Assembly: GCA_041661045.1 (NCBI GenBank)
Contig: JBAZVE010000001.1
Coordinates: 750,001-782,000 of the forward strand
Length of the DNA stretch: 32,000 nt
DNA from: Candidatus Saccharimonadota bacterium
GTDB taxonomy: Bacteria; Patescibacteriota; Gracilibacteria; UBA1369; 2-02-FULL-48-14
Direction: 5' to 3'
Shown: piece by piece, positions 7,977 through 16,112 of the stretch
Position numbering within the stretch: position 1 is the first letter of the stretch
How the letters are laid out: the number at the start of each line of letters is the position of its first letter
Notes under the pieces: generated by a model
What the model saw: the letters and a program-made list of their open reading frames with translations, nothing else
Told to the model about the DNA's origin: nothing
Database searches by the model: none
Translations under genes and position numbers: made by a program

Positions 7977-8877
7977 TGCTTCCTTCGGTGTTAACAAATA
8001 CTTCATCGGACTCTCGGTTGCTGCTGTCCGTGAGATCCAAGTTGGCGATTCCATATACAATGGCGTAGCCCAAAGCTAAAAGAGCGAGCGCGATGGCGGA
8101 ATAAATCACAATATTTTTTGCCTTTGTTACGGCTTCTTCATTTCCACGGGCAATTACTAAAAGGGTTCCTCCGTAACAGAACGCGACGAAGATTAAAAAA
8201 GCCGTGGCGTACAGGACATTGGTGACCACCGCCGGTACAATTTCCCCTAAGAAATCTCCGCCGGGCAGAGAAACGCGCCCCTGGGTATCCTGGTCTTCAA
8301 TAATATCTTTTTGACTGGGAAGTAGGAGATCCAGGGCTTCTTCAATATCCAAATTTTGTGGAGGAGTGGTCTCCGCCGCTTCCGCGCTTGGTATGGCAAA
8401 GAAAGAAGTCGCGGAATCTCCATCTTGTTCATTGGGGAGCGAAATGGAAACCACCACGGAAACGATTCCATAGGCCAATATTATTAAAAGGAATCCTAAA
8501 AGACCGTAACGAAGATTGGTTTTGGCTTTGGTGAGTTTGTCGTCATTTCCGTAGGCAGTGAGCATTTGAATGGCTCCAAATAAAATGCCGGCAAAGGTCA
8601 GCAGCCCCATGAGTCCTATAAAAATATTGATTCCCTGGGGTATGGCTTCATTGAGAATATAATTTTGTGTGTCGTAGCCGCTTTGTCCGGTGTCCGGGGA
8701 GGGGAGAAAGTCAGGCGCGGGAATGTCTGGGCGAACCACCTGATCTTCCGGCGAAGCATCGTCTTCCGCTGCGGCGTGCGCAACGGGGACTTGGACTGCG
8801 CTGTGCAGCATTAAACCTGTGCCCAAGAGGCCCAATCCAAAGAAAAATACAAATGCGATTTTAAATAGTTTTATCAT
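7969..8877 (-). CDS. Tandem double VirB2/TrbC-like pilin-module protein
   Basis: A signal peptide is followed by two TM-loop-TM modules with loops TAYGNDDKLTKAKTN and IARGNEEAVTKAKNI, separated by an acidic linker. It has an ATGA overlap with the upstream gene. Confidence 0.75.
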   Translation of the reverse strand: MIKLFKIAFVFFFGLGLLGTGLMLHSAVQVPVAHAAAEDDASPEDQVVRPDIPAPDFLPSPDTGQSGYDTQNYILNEAIPQGINIFIGLMGLLTFAGILFGAIQMLTAYGNDDKLTKAKTNLRYGLLGFLLIILAYGIVSVVVSISLPNEQDGDSATSFFAIPSAEAAETTPPQNLDIEEALDLLLPSQKDIIEDQDTQGRVSLPGGDFLGEIVPAVVTNVLYATAFLIFVAFCYGGTLLVIARGNEEAVTKAKNIVIYSAIALALLALGYAIVYGIANLDLTDSSNRESDEVFVNTEGSND

Positions 8878-9719
8878 CCGAAAAATCCCGGGTTAATGCT
8901 GTAAAGGAGGAGTCCCGACAGAAAGAGCAAAACCATGCCTCCGATGGCCTGCAGAATTTTATTTTTTGCTTCACTGATGTCTCCGGTGACGCCGGACACG
9001 GAAATTTTGATTCCTTGAAAGACGATTGTTCCCATAAAAATACTTCCCACGGAGAGCGCGGCAAAGGTGAAGATTTGTTTCACCATGAGTTTAATGAGTC
9101 CCATCCCGCTGTCCCCAATCACCCACTGCCGTTTTTCACAATTCACCGCATGGGCAGCACATTCATCGTACGAAAGGCTGTAGAGCGTTCGAACATCATC
9201 ACAACTCACCACTTCACTCCCATTCACCACCCCCGCAAGGCAACACAATCCCGCATAAACGGTGAGGACTTTATTCTGATCATCCAAAACGACATCGCTG
9301 GCAATCACTTCGGTTATCTCTGTCACCAGCAGACCATTTTTCGTACAGTCTCCTTTTTCGAGATAATCGGTGGTTTCATTTGGGGCTCCACATTCTGCAT
9401 TTCCCAGCGTACTTTCATAACTGGCGTTGAATAGCCCATAAAAGTCTTCGTATCTTGTTGCCATTTCTTCTGCATTGTTCGCTCCGGCCTCGAGCTTTAA
9501 GCCGAACGGACATATCAGGGGTGCTTCTATGGCGTTTGCCATTTGATCGTCGGTTCCCAGTACTTCCGTGGTGTCGTTGCCCTCTTCAAAGCTTTCATTG
9601 AACTCATCTTCGCTCATGAGGGGGTCTTCGGTTGGAGCGGCTTCATCCGCAAAAACCAAGATAGCGCCTTGGAGGGTGAGGAGAGAACTGAGGATAAGAA
9701 GGGCGAGGAACTGGCGCAT
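8874..9719 (-). CDS. Secreted Cys-rich domain fused to a C-terminal VirB2/TrbC-like module
   Basis: The signal peptide is MRQFLALLILSSLLTLQGAILVFA. An acidic region and an ectodomain with 8 Cys follow. The C-terminal TM-loop-TM has the loop SGVTGDISEAKNK. Confidence 0.7.
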   Translation of the reverse strand: MRQFLALLILSSLLTLQGAILVFADEAAPTEDPLMSEDEFNESFEEGNDTTEVLGTDDQMANAIEAPLICPFGLKLEAGANNAEEMATRYEDFYGLFNASYESTLGNAECGAPNETTDYLEKGDCTKNGLLVTEITEVIASDVVLDDQNKVLTVYAGLCCLAGVVNGSEVVSCDDVRTLYSLSYDECAAHAVNCEKRQWVIGDSGMGLIKLMVKQIFTFAALSVGSIFMGTIVFQGIKISVSGVTGDISEAKNKILQAIGGMVLLFLSGLLLYSINPGFFG

Positions 9720-9729
9720 GGGAGCGGGC

Positions 9730-10155
9730 TTAATAAAAGAAGGATTGAATAAATACGGTGATGAAATAGGCGAAAAAAGCTAAAAGACAGCCCACAATGG
9801 CCTGGCTGAGAATGCCTTTTGCTTTGTCCACTTGGCCTTCATCTCCGCCGGCGGTGACCATCATAAAACCTCCAATCATAATCACAACGAAGGTGACGGT
9901 TCCAATCAAGAGCGTGAGAATATTGATGATGCGAAGGATGATGGCGGCGGGGACGGAGACCCCTCTCTCGGTGGCTTCATCCGTGATGTTTTCGTAAATT
10001 TCGGTGCTGTCGTTGGTTTGATTGTCTTCGGCATCCAGATCTAAAATTTCTTTCACATCAAAACCGCTATATCCGTTGTCTGCTAAGGCCAGCGGAGAGG
10101 CAAGCAGGCCGCAAGAGGCTAAAAAGAGGACGAAACTGGCGATGATTTTTTTCAT
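9730..10155 (-). CDS. VirB2/TrbC-like (T4SS_pilin-type) membrane protein
   Basis: The signal peptide has either a lipobox-like LASC or an ALA-DN cleavage site. An acidic spacer precedes a TM-loop-TM with loop TAGGDEGQVDKAKGI. It has an ATGA overlap with the ATPase gene. Confidence 0.8.
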   Translation of the reverse strand: MKKIIASFVLFLASCGLLASPLALADNGYSGFDVKEILDLDAEDNQTNDSTEIYENITDEATERGVSVPAAIILRIINILTLLIGTVTFVVIMIGGFMMVTAGGDEGQVDKAKGILSQAIVGCLLAFFAYFITVFIQSFFY

Positions 10156-12263
10156 GTGGCGGGCGAGTTGTCTTTACTATTATACCTGTTTTTCAGTTTT
10201 TCTTCAACCAGGGAAACCGGGCGAGCGCATTGGGCTCTGGAACGGGTTTTTAAGGTTTCGAGCGGGAGTGGGGTCTTGGAGGGGGGCGTTTTCTCAACAT
10301 TCATCCTAAAAAGAGGCAGTGGGCTGCCCTGGTGGAGGAGCTTTGCATAGGCTTGAAAAGGGGCGAGCTGGGTGAGGTCTTCTTCGGTGAGGCTGAGGGA
10401 GGGCGCAAGGATTTGCGCGTCGGCATAACTAGTGCGAAAACAGAGCAGCGAGCCCACATTCCCCAAAATGGCATCTTGAATTTCGTGCGGAACTTGGGTG
10501 AGGTACTGGTTGGCCAGGGTCAGGGCCAAGCCGTATTTTCTGGATTCCGCCAACATGGTGAGCAGGGTTTTGCTGGTGAAGTTTTGAAATTCATCCACGG
10601 TGAGACAAACCGTTTTTCGGCTTTCGGATGGGAGCTCCGCCCGTTGCAAGAGGGTGGACTGAATCATTGAGATGAAAACCATGCCCAGTATGCGGCTGGC
10701 ATCTTCGCCCAGTTTCCCCTTGGGGAGTGAGATCAGCACGATTTTGCTTTCGGCGAAGGCGTTTTTGAAGGAGAACTTGCTCTTGGGTTGGCCAAAAATG
10801 TTTCGGAGGACCGGAAGCGTGAGCAAGGGGCCCACTTTGTTGAGGATCGGAGCGCTGTGTTCTTGCCGGGTCCGCGGGTCTTGTTTTAAAAATTCTTCTT
10901 TAAAAAATCGGTGCAATTCGAAATCGTCCGTGAGCTCGAGCATTTTTCGGCAAAAGGCTTCGTTGGTGAGGAGGCGCGGAAGGTCGAGCAGTGTGGTGTT
11001 TGGGGCGAGAATCAGGAGGAGGAGTGCATTGCGCAAAATATATTCCAACCGTGGTCCCCAACTGCCCTGGGCCAAGACTTCAAACATTTCCACCAAGGCG
11101 GAGGCCTTGAGGTTCGGATTTTCTCCTGGGCAGAGCTCTAAAGGGTTGAGGGCGAGCGGAAAATCGGCATCGCCGGGGTCCAGGAGGAGGATGTCTTTTG
11201 CCCGCTCGAGGGGAGTGAGCCGGAGGGCGTCTTCAATCAAGTCCCCATGCGGGTCCAGCACCACGATGCTTCGGCCGAGTTCGGTATCTTCCCTAAAAAG
11301 ATGCAAAAGTGTTGTGGATTTGCCCATGCCCGTTTTGCCCACCAAGTACAGATGTCTTTTGCGATCTTCTTCCTCAAGCTTTGTATTCCCCGGCTCGGGA
11401 AGGTGGGCGGTGGGTTCGGTGTGCAGATAAGTGGCTTGTTCCTTTGCATTTGGGAGCGAAAGCAGGCTCGCCAGCTCTTCGGCGCTCAGCACGGTTTCTT
11501 GGTTTTTACGACTGAGACTGAGTTCGCCCAAATAAGGCAGGGTGAAGCCGTGCACAAAATCTTTAAAGGGGTGGCTCAGGGTGATTTGTGCTCTAAACAG
11601 AGGTCTGGACAGCTTGTCGAGGATGGCGTGGCGGGGATCTTCCCGTTCGTGCGAGGATTCCATTTGTTCTTGGGGTTCCTGTTTTTGTGTTTTGAGCGGG
11701 GAGCTAAAAAGGCAGTTGCGAAGGAGCGGGCCGAGAAAACGGCGAGCTTTGAAGCTGAACCAGGCCTTACTTTCCCATTGGTCAAAGTGTCTTTCAGGTT
11801 CGAAGCTGCTTTGTTTCACCTTTTTTAGGGCCCGTTCTCTCTGTCTATTTTTGAGGGGAATGAGCTGCAAATGGAGGAAACTGTTTGGGGTTTTGGCCAA
11901 CAGAGGGATCAAGGTGCTCAGGGGTGAAATATGTGTTTTTTGTATCCGATCTTCAAATTGGCTGTACCTTTTGATGGGGAGGAGAGGCCCTTTCTTTTGA
12001 TGGATGAAGTAAAGGGTTTTTGGGCTCGTGGTGAGGAACGATGTGGGGCTTGCTTGTGTTTCGATGAACCGAGAGCCGAGCAGGTGAGTGCTGAGGTCTT
12101 CTGTGCAGAAAAACTGTACTTTTTGGTCTTTTTGACGGATCAGAATTTCGATGGAGCCGGGATGTTTTTGTAGGGTGTGCAGCCAATGGTCGAGGAGCCT
12201 TGGGGAATAGTCACGGGTTTCGCAGAGTCGGAGTTCGTACAGTGTTTTGGCTTGGGGTTTCAT
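10152..12263 (-). CDS. VirD4/TraD/HerA-superfamily P-loop ATPase (coupling-protein-like) with an uncharacterised N-terminal domain
   Basis: Walker A is LVGKTGMGKST, followed by VVLDPHGDL. Walker B-like is VCLTVDEFQNF. Roughly the first 300 aa are unrecognised. No hydrophobic TM segment is visible anywhere in the protein. Confidence 0.8.
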   Translation of the reverse strand: MKPQAKTLYELRLCETRDYSPRLLDHWLHTLQKHPGSIEILIRQKDQKVQFFCTEDLSTHLLGSRFIETQASPTSFLTTSPKTLYFIHQKKGPLLPIKRYSQFEDRIQKTHISPLSTLIPLLAKTPNSFLHLQLIPLKNRQRERALKKVKQSSFEPERHFDQWESKAWFSFKARRFLGPLLRNCLFSSPLKTQKQEPQEQMESSHEREDPRHAILDKLSRPLFRAQITLSHPFKDFVHGFTLPYLGELSLSRKNQETVLSAEELASLLSLPNAKEQATYLHTEPTAHLPEPGNTKLEEEDRKRHLYLVGKTGMGKSTTLLHLFREDTELGRSIVVLDPHGDLIEDALRLTPLERAKDILLLDPGDADFPLALNPLELCPGENPNLKASALVEMFEVLAQGSWGPRLEYILRNALLLLILAPNTTLLDLPRLLTNEAFCRKMLELTDDFELHRFFKEEFLKQDPRTRQEHSAPILNKVGPLLTLPVLRNIFGQPKSKFSFKNAFAESKIVLISLPKGKLGEDASRILGMVFISMIQSTLLQRAELPSESRKTVCLTVDEFQNFTSKTLLTMLAESRKYGLALTLANQYLTQVPHEIQDAILGNVGSLLCFRTSYADAQILAPSLSLTEEDLTQLAPFQAYAKLLHQGSPLPLFRMNVEKTPPSKTPLPLETLKTRSRAQCARPVSLVEEKLKNRYNSKDNSPAT

Positions 12264-12345
12264 GCGCTTTTGGGATGGGTCTTTAAGCGTAGATGGGAAT
12301 TGGTTTTTTGTAAAAATCCCCCCATTGATTTTAGGGGTTTTGTTC

Positions 12346-12378
12346 TTAAAAAATGCGTTGTTGGCGGAGTAACAACAG
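12346..12378 (-). terminator. Possible intrinsic terminator after dus
   Basis: On the minus strand the sequence reads GTTGTT-ACTCCGCC-AACAAC followed by GCATTTTTTAAG. The stem is AT-rich and therefore weak. Confidence 0.35.
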
Positions 12379-12382
12379 GGGG

Positions 12383-13390
12383 CTAGGCGGAACGCAGCTT
12401 CTCCACAATTTCGTTGAGAATGCTTCGGGCTTCCTCCAGAGTGGAGATTTGAACCACCTGGGAGCGGTATTCGCTGGCCCCCTCAAAACCGCGGAGGAGT
12501 TGGACGAAGTGTTTGCGCATTTCCTTCATGCCGCGTTCCTCACCTTTGGATTCCACGCAGAGTTCGGCATGGCGAAGGTAAGTGGGAACCTTGTCTTCAA
12601 AGGAACTGGGCGGGGTGTATGTGCCTCCATAAAGAGCCGCGGCGATTTCCGCCATGAGCCAGGGATTGCCCATGGTTCCTCGGCCCACCATGACTCCGTC
12701 CAGAGTGATGCCGGCATACGGAGAGTCGCCGGATGCGGTGAGCTGAGCGAGGGCGTCGGCCGCGCTGCGAATGTCTCCATTCCCAATCACCGGAATGCCT
12801 ACGGCTTGTTTCACTGCGTAAATGGGGGTCCAGTCGGCGCGGCCCGTGTACATTTGCTTGGCCGTTCGCCCGTGAATGCTCAAGAGCTGGGCACCTGCAC
12901 TTTCCATATCTTTACAGAACTGTACAAACCAGGGGAGATCCACTTTATCGGCACCCACACGGGTTTTAACAGAAACCGGCAGCTTCGTGGCCTTGGCCAC
13001 GGCTTCCACCAATTCCGCGGCACGGCAGGGGTTTTTGAGCAGCGCGGAACCGTGATCGCTGCTCACCACTTTTTTTGCGGGGCAACCCATGTTGATGTCG
13101 ATGGCGTCGATGCCCATGGCCTCGATGCGCTTGGCGGCCTCTGCAAAATGCGCCGGCTTTTTACCAAAAATCTGAGCCACCAAAGGGCGCTCTTCGTTGG
13201 GGTTGAAGTCCAGTTGTTTGAGCGTCATTTTACTGTCGTAGACAATGCCGTCGGCACTGGTGAACTCGGTAAAACAAATCACCCGCGGCTCGATTCCCTT
13301 AATAAGCTGCCTGTAGGCGGTGTCGGTGTAGCCGGCCATGGGGGCAAGCGCAAGAATCGGCCGCTTTGCGGTTTTCCAGGAAAATGCCAT
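12383..13390 (-). CDS. dus: tRNA-dihydrouridine synthase
   Basis: The N-terminus ILALAPMAGYTDTAYRQL and the overall TIM-barrel Dus pattern (NMGCPAKKV, the catalytic Cys region) support the call. Confidence 0.92.
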   Translation of the reverse strand: MAFSWKTAKRPILALAPMAGYTDTAYRQLIKGIEPRVICFTEFTSADGIVYDSKMTLKQLDFNPNEERPLVAQIFGKKPAHFAEAAKRIEAMGIDAIDINMGCPAKKVVSSDHGSALLKNPCRAAELVEAVAKATKLPVSVKTRVGADKVDLPWFVQFCKDMESAGAQLLSIHGRTAKQMYTGRADWTPIYAVKQAVGIPVIGNGDIRSAADALAQLTASGDSPYAGITLDGVMVGRGTMGNPWLMAEIAAALYGGTYTPPSSFEDKVPTYLRHAELCVESKGEERGMKEMRKHFVQLLRGFEGASEYRSQVVQISTLEEARSILNEIVEKLRSA

Positions 13391-13391
13391 G

Positions 13392-14276
13392 TTATTTGTT
13401 GGGATTCACTTTTGGACCTTTCTCCTTTCCTCCAACAAAAACGATATTGTCCTTTTCGTAATCGCGGAAATCGGGATAGTTGCGGATGGGGGCGCCTTTT
13501 GCCCACGCCACTCCAAATCCTTGTTGATCTTCAAAGAGAGCGGACAATACGAAGACTGAATTTTCTCCCCCAATGCCATCGTAGACGGCGTAGAGGTATC
13601 CAAAAGGTTCACCCGCCTTGTCGATTTCTCCTTGTCTGGGGTCGGATGGGATGGTTTCAAAGGCATCGCTCTCTTCCAAAATGGTTTCGATTTCTGCGGC
13701 TGCGGGGTAAGCGCCGGTTTCTTCTTTGTAGGCTTCAATTTCCTCCAAAATGGCAGTCATGTCCTTCACTCTTTGGTCGTTTTCTTCAAGGTAAGTGAGG
13801 TCTTGTTCTTCGTCGTCGGTGATGGAGTCCTCAATGGTTTCCTCGCGGTCGCGATTGGCGAGCCACCAGATTCCGGAGCCTCCGAGTAGAATCACCACCA
13901 CTGCGGGGATGAGAAGGGCCAGGAAGAGTTTTCGTTTTTCAAAGCCTTCATCTTCATTTTCCTCCGTTTCTTCTTCGGGGAGCGTGAGGTCCGGAGCGCT
14001 TTCCACTTGTAAAGAGGCGAGGGGGTCTGGGACGGGGGCGGGATTTGCGGCCGGAGCGGGTGCTGGTGCCGCCGTCGGTGCCGGGGCAGGTTGACTCACC
14101 GCTGCGTGCCTTCGCTCCTCCGCCTGACGCATCAAAGAAAGCGCACGGGCGTTTCCAGGTTCCAATTGCAGAATTTCCAAACACCCTTGAACCACTTTGT
14201 CGTATTCCTTTGCATTGAGCCAAGACTGAACCAAGTTCAGGGCTTCGATCACGCTGATGTCTCCACTGTTTTCCAT
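13392..14276 (-). CDS. Membrane protein: N-terminal TPR-like helix pair, Pro/Ala linker, one TM, C-terminal extracytoplasmic domain
   Basis: The TPR-like segment is AKEYDKVVQGCLEILQLEPGNARALSL. The linker is PAPAPTAAPAPAPAANPAPVP. The TM is LFLALLIPAVVVILLGGSGIWWL. The stop lies 1 nt from the dus start. Confidence 0.7.
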   Translation of the reverse strand: MENSGDISVIEALNLVQSWLNAKEYDKVVQGCLEILQLEPGNARALSLMRQAEERRHAAVSQPAPAPTAAPAPAPAANPAPVPDPLASLQVESAPDLTLPEEETEENEDEGFEKRKLFLALLIPAVVVILLGGSGIWWLANRDREETIEDSITDDEEQDLTYLEENDQRVKDMTAILEEIEAYKEETGAYPAAAEIETILEESDAFETIPSDPRQGEIDKAGEPFGYLYAVYDGIGGENSVFVLSALFEDQQGFGVAWAKGAPIRNYPDFRDYEKDNIVFVGGKEKGPKVNPNK

Positions 14277-14345
14277 GTATCACAGAGTAAGCCAAATGGG
14301 CCCGGAGCGCAAGCGGAGGGCTTCAATAAGCGCCTCGAACAACTT

Positions 14346-14906
14346 CTAATAGGCTTCTTCGGTGTTGTAAACGCCGCCCACTTGAGGGATCACGGCTTCA
14401 ATGGTGCCCCAAGAGGACTCCCGGTCTTTTGGGGTGATGAGGGTCACTTCGTCTCCGGTGTTTCCCTTGTAATAAGTCACCGAGGCCAAGAGCACTTTGT
14501 AGGATTTCCCGTTTGCCAAAACCTTGAATTGTCCATCTTCCTTCACCAAGGTCCCTTTCACAAAATCTCGATCGATGGGGGAGATTTGTTTGTACATAAA
14601 GCTTCCGTTGGGCAGAATGGTGAGCTTGAGTCGGTCTCCTTCCACCAGTTTCGATTTGCTCGCGTAATTGGCGGGCACAGGATAGATCTTTTCATTGGGC
14701 CCGATCATGTTTTGTCCGTCAAAAACCCCTTCCACAATCTGATTTTCCCCTTGTTCATAGGCGCTGCTTTCTTCTGTTTTTGGCGTGCTGAGCTCCGAGT
14801 GTGCTTCCGGATTCATCTGGCCCAAAAGCTCCCTCGCGGCGCGTAAAGAAGCCTCACCGGCCTCGATCATGCGGAGAATTTTTGCGATTTGTTCATTATT
14901 TGTCAT
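14346..14906 (-). CDS. Hypothetical protein
   Basis: 186 aa with ATG start, on the same strand as its neighbours, with host-like codon usage. I recognise no motif. Confidence 0.6.
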   Translation of the reverse strand: MTNNEQIAKILRMIEAGEASLRAARELLGQMNPEAHSELSTPKTEESSAYEQGENQIVEGVFDGQNMIGPNEKIYPVPANYASKSKLVEGDRLKLTILPNGSFMYKQISPIDRDFVKGTLVKEDGQFKVLANGKSYKVLLASVTYYKGNTGDEVTLITPKDRESSWGTIEAVIPQVGGVYNTEEAY

Positions 14907-14928
14907 GGTTTGTGTGTTTATATGTGAT

Positions 14929-15933
14929 TCACTCCACCAACTTATATATTACTTTTTCTCCATTCTGTCCAGAAATTCTAAGATCGATGTAGTCCAACGG
15001 CGCGGTATAAAGATCTATTTTTACCAAAGCTTTTTTGAGTTTGAGTAATTGAAGATTCAGATCTTGAGTCATGTCCAGCCACACGAAAAAGTACCGTTCG
15101 GTGTACAGGTGCAGCTCCCGTGCCCGTTTGAGATAATGGATTTCCAGGACATCCATATTGAATTTCCCCTCAAAACTTTTGCTGGTTTCTAAAAGTGAGC
15201 TCAGCACTTCCTGTGGGATCAATTCTTCGTTGATTTGATCCGGTTTCTCCGGCACGGCGGGGTCCGCTTCGTCCGCGGTCTCGGGGGATTCCACTGTTTC
15301 CTCAGGTTCTGCCGTTTGTACCGCGCCCAGATCCGCATCGGTCCCGGTGGAATCTATGACCAGAAGCGGAAGGTCTTCGATGGTGGCCCCCACACTGGCG
15401 ATATAGCCCTTTTCGTTGACCACAAAATTTTCGCTGCTGCCGTCCTCAAATTCCACTCGTACGCTGGCCACGGGAGGGTAGGTTTCCAGTTTTACCGTGA
15501 TGGTGTGGAAGAGCTTTCGATCGATATCCAGATTTTTTAAGTAGGTGAAGCTTTTGAGCAAGGCCTTTTCTTGATTTGATGCGCTCCAAAACAGCATGTT
15601 TTTGCCCAAAATCTCCTGCAAAATTTCTTTGATGGCCACCTGCTCTTGGCTGGTGTCCGCCTCGCCCTTCACTTCAATGTTTTGAATTTCGAACAAAGGA
15701 GTAAAAAAGATTCCATAGAAACCCGCCACCACCCCGCTCAAAACCAGGAATATTTTTAGATTTCTTAAAAAACGGCCGGTCTTTTCGGTGCTTCTGCGAC
15801 TCAAACGGTCGGTTTGTATGGGCCTTATGCGAGGAATAAATGGCTTTCTCCTCGAAAAGCGCTGGCTTTTATAACTGGTGAAGCTGGTCTGGCCCGTGCG
15901 ACGATTTCGTTTAAAAATCGAGAGTAAACCCAT
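14929..15933 (-). CDS. ftsQ: FtsQ/DivIB-like cell division protein (POTRA domain)
   Basis: A basic N-terminus is followed by a single TM (LKIFLVLSGVVAGFYGIFF) and then a POTRA-like segment FEIQNIEVKGEADTSQEQV... Confidence 0.7.
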   Translation of the reverse strand: MGLLSIFKRNRRTGQTSFTSYKSQRFSRRKPFIPRIRPIQTDRLSRRSTEKTGRFLRNLKIFLVLSGVVAGFYGIFFTPLFEIQNIEVKGEADTSQEQVAIKEILQEILGKNMLFWSASNQEKALLKSFTYLKNLDIDRKLFHTITVKLETYPPVASVRVEFEDGSSENFVVNEKGYIASVGATIEDLPLLVIDSTGTDADLGAVQTAEPEETVESPETADEADPAVPEKPDQINEELIPQEVLSSLLETSKSFEGKFNMDVLEIHYLKRARELHLYTERYFFVWLDMTQDLNLQLLKLKKALVKIDLYTAPLDYIDLRISGQNGEKVIYKLVE

Positions 15934-15956
15934 AAATGGCGGGATGGGGTTTGGGA

Positions 15957-16112
15957 TCAGTTGCCTTTTGCAAGAGCATCTCTCATGGCATTTTGGCGAG
16001 CCTCACTTCGTGGGCGGGCAATTGCCTTGTTTCGCCTTTTCCATTGCTTAGACTTGGGCCGACTTGCGTTGGCCGTTGTCATTCCGTGTTTTAAACTGTG
16101 TTTATTGACCAT
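15957..16112 (-). CDS. Candidate small basic protein (51 aa), below the ORF-track cutoff
   Basis: My hand translation gives MVNKHSLKHGMTTANASRPKSKQWKRRNKAIARPRSEARQNAMRDALAKGN. It has an ATG start and a TGA stop 23 nt upstream of the ftsQ start. It is the only sizeable ORF in an otherwise empty 252-bp gap. Confidence 0.3.
   Translation of the reverse strand: MVNKHSLKHGMTTANASRPKSKQWKRRNKAIARPRSEARQNAMRDALAKGN

Noticed and set aside
10672-11828. Plus-strand ORFs of 252 aa and 193 aa
   Set aside because: They are antisense to the P-loop ATPase gene, Ser/Arg-rich, and have no start context.
12353-13798. 481-aa ORF on the plus strand
   Set aside because: It is entirely antisense to dus and the TPR membrane protein gene. 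Its translation is Gly/Arg/His-rich low-complexity sequence typical of the reverse frame of a real gene, whereas dus has clear family motifs.
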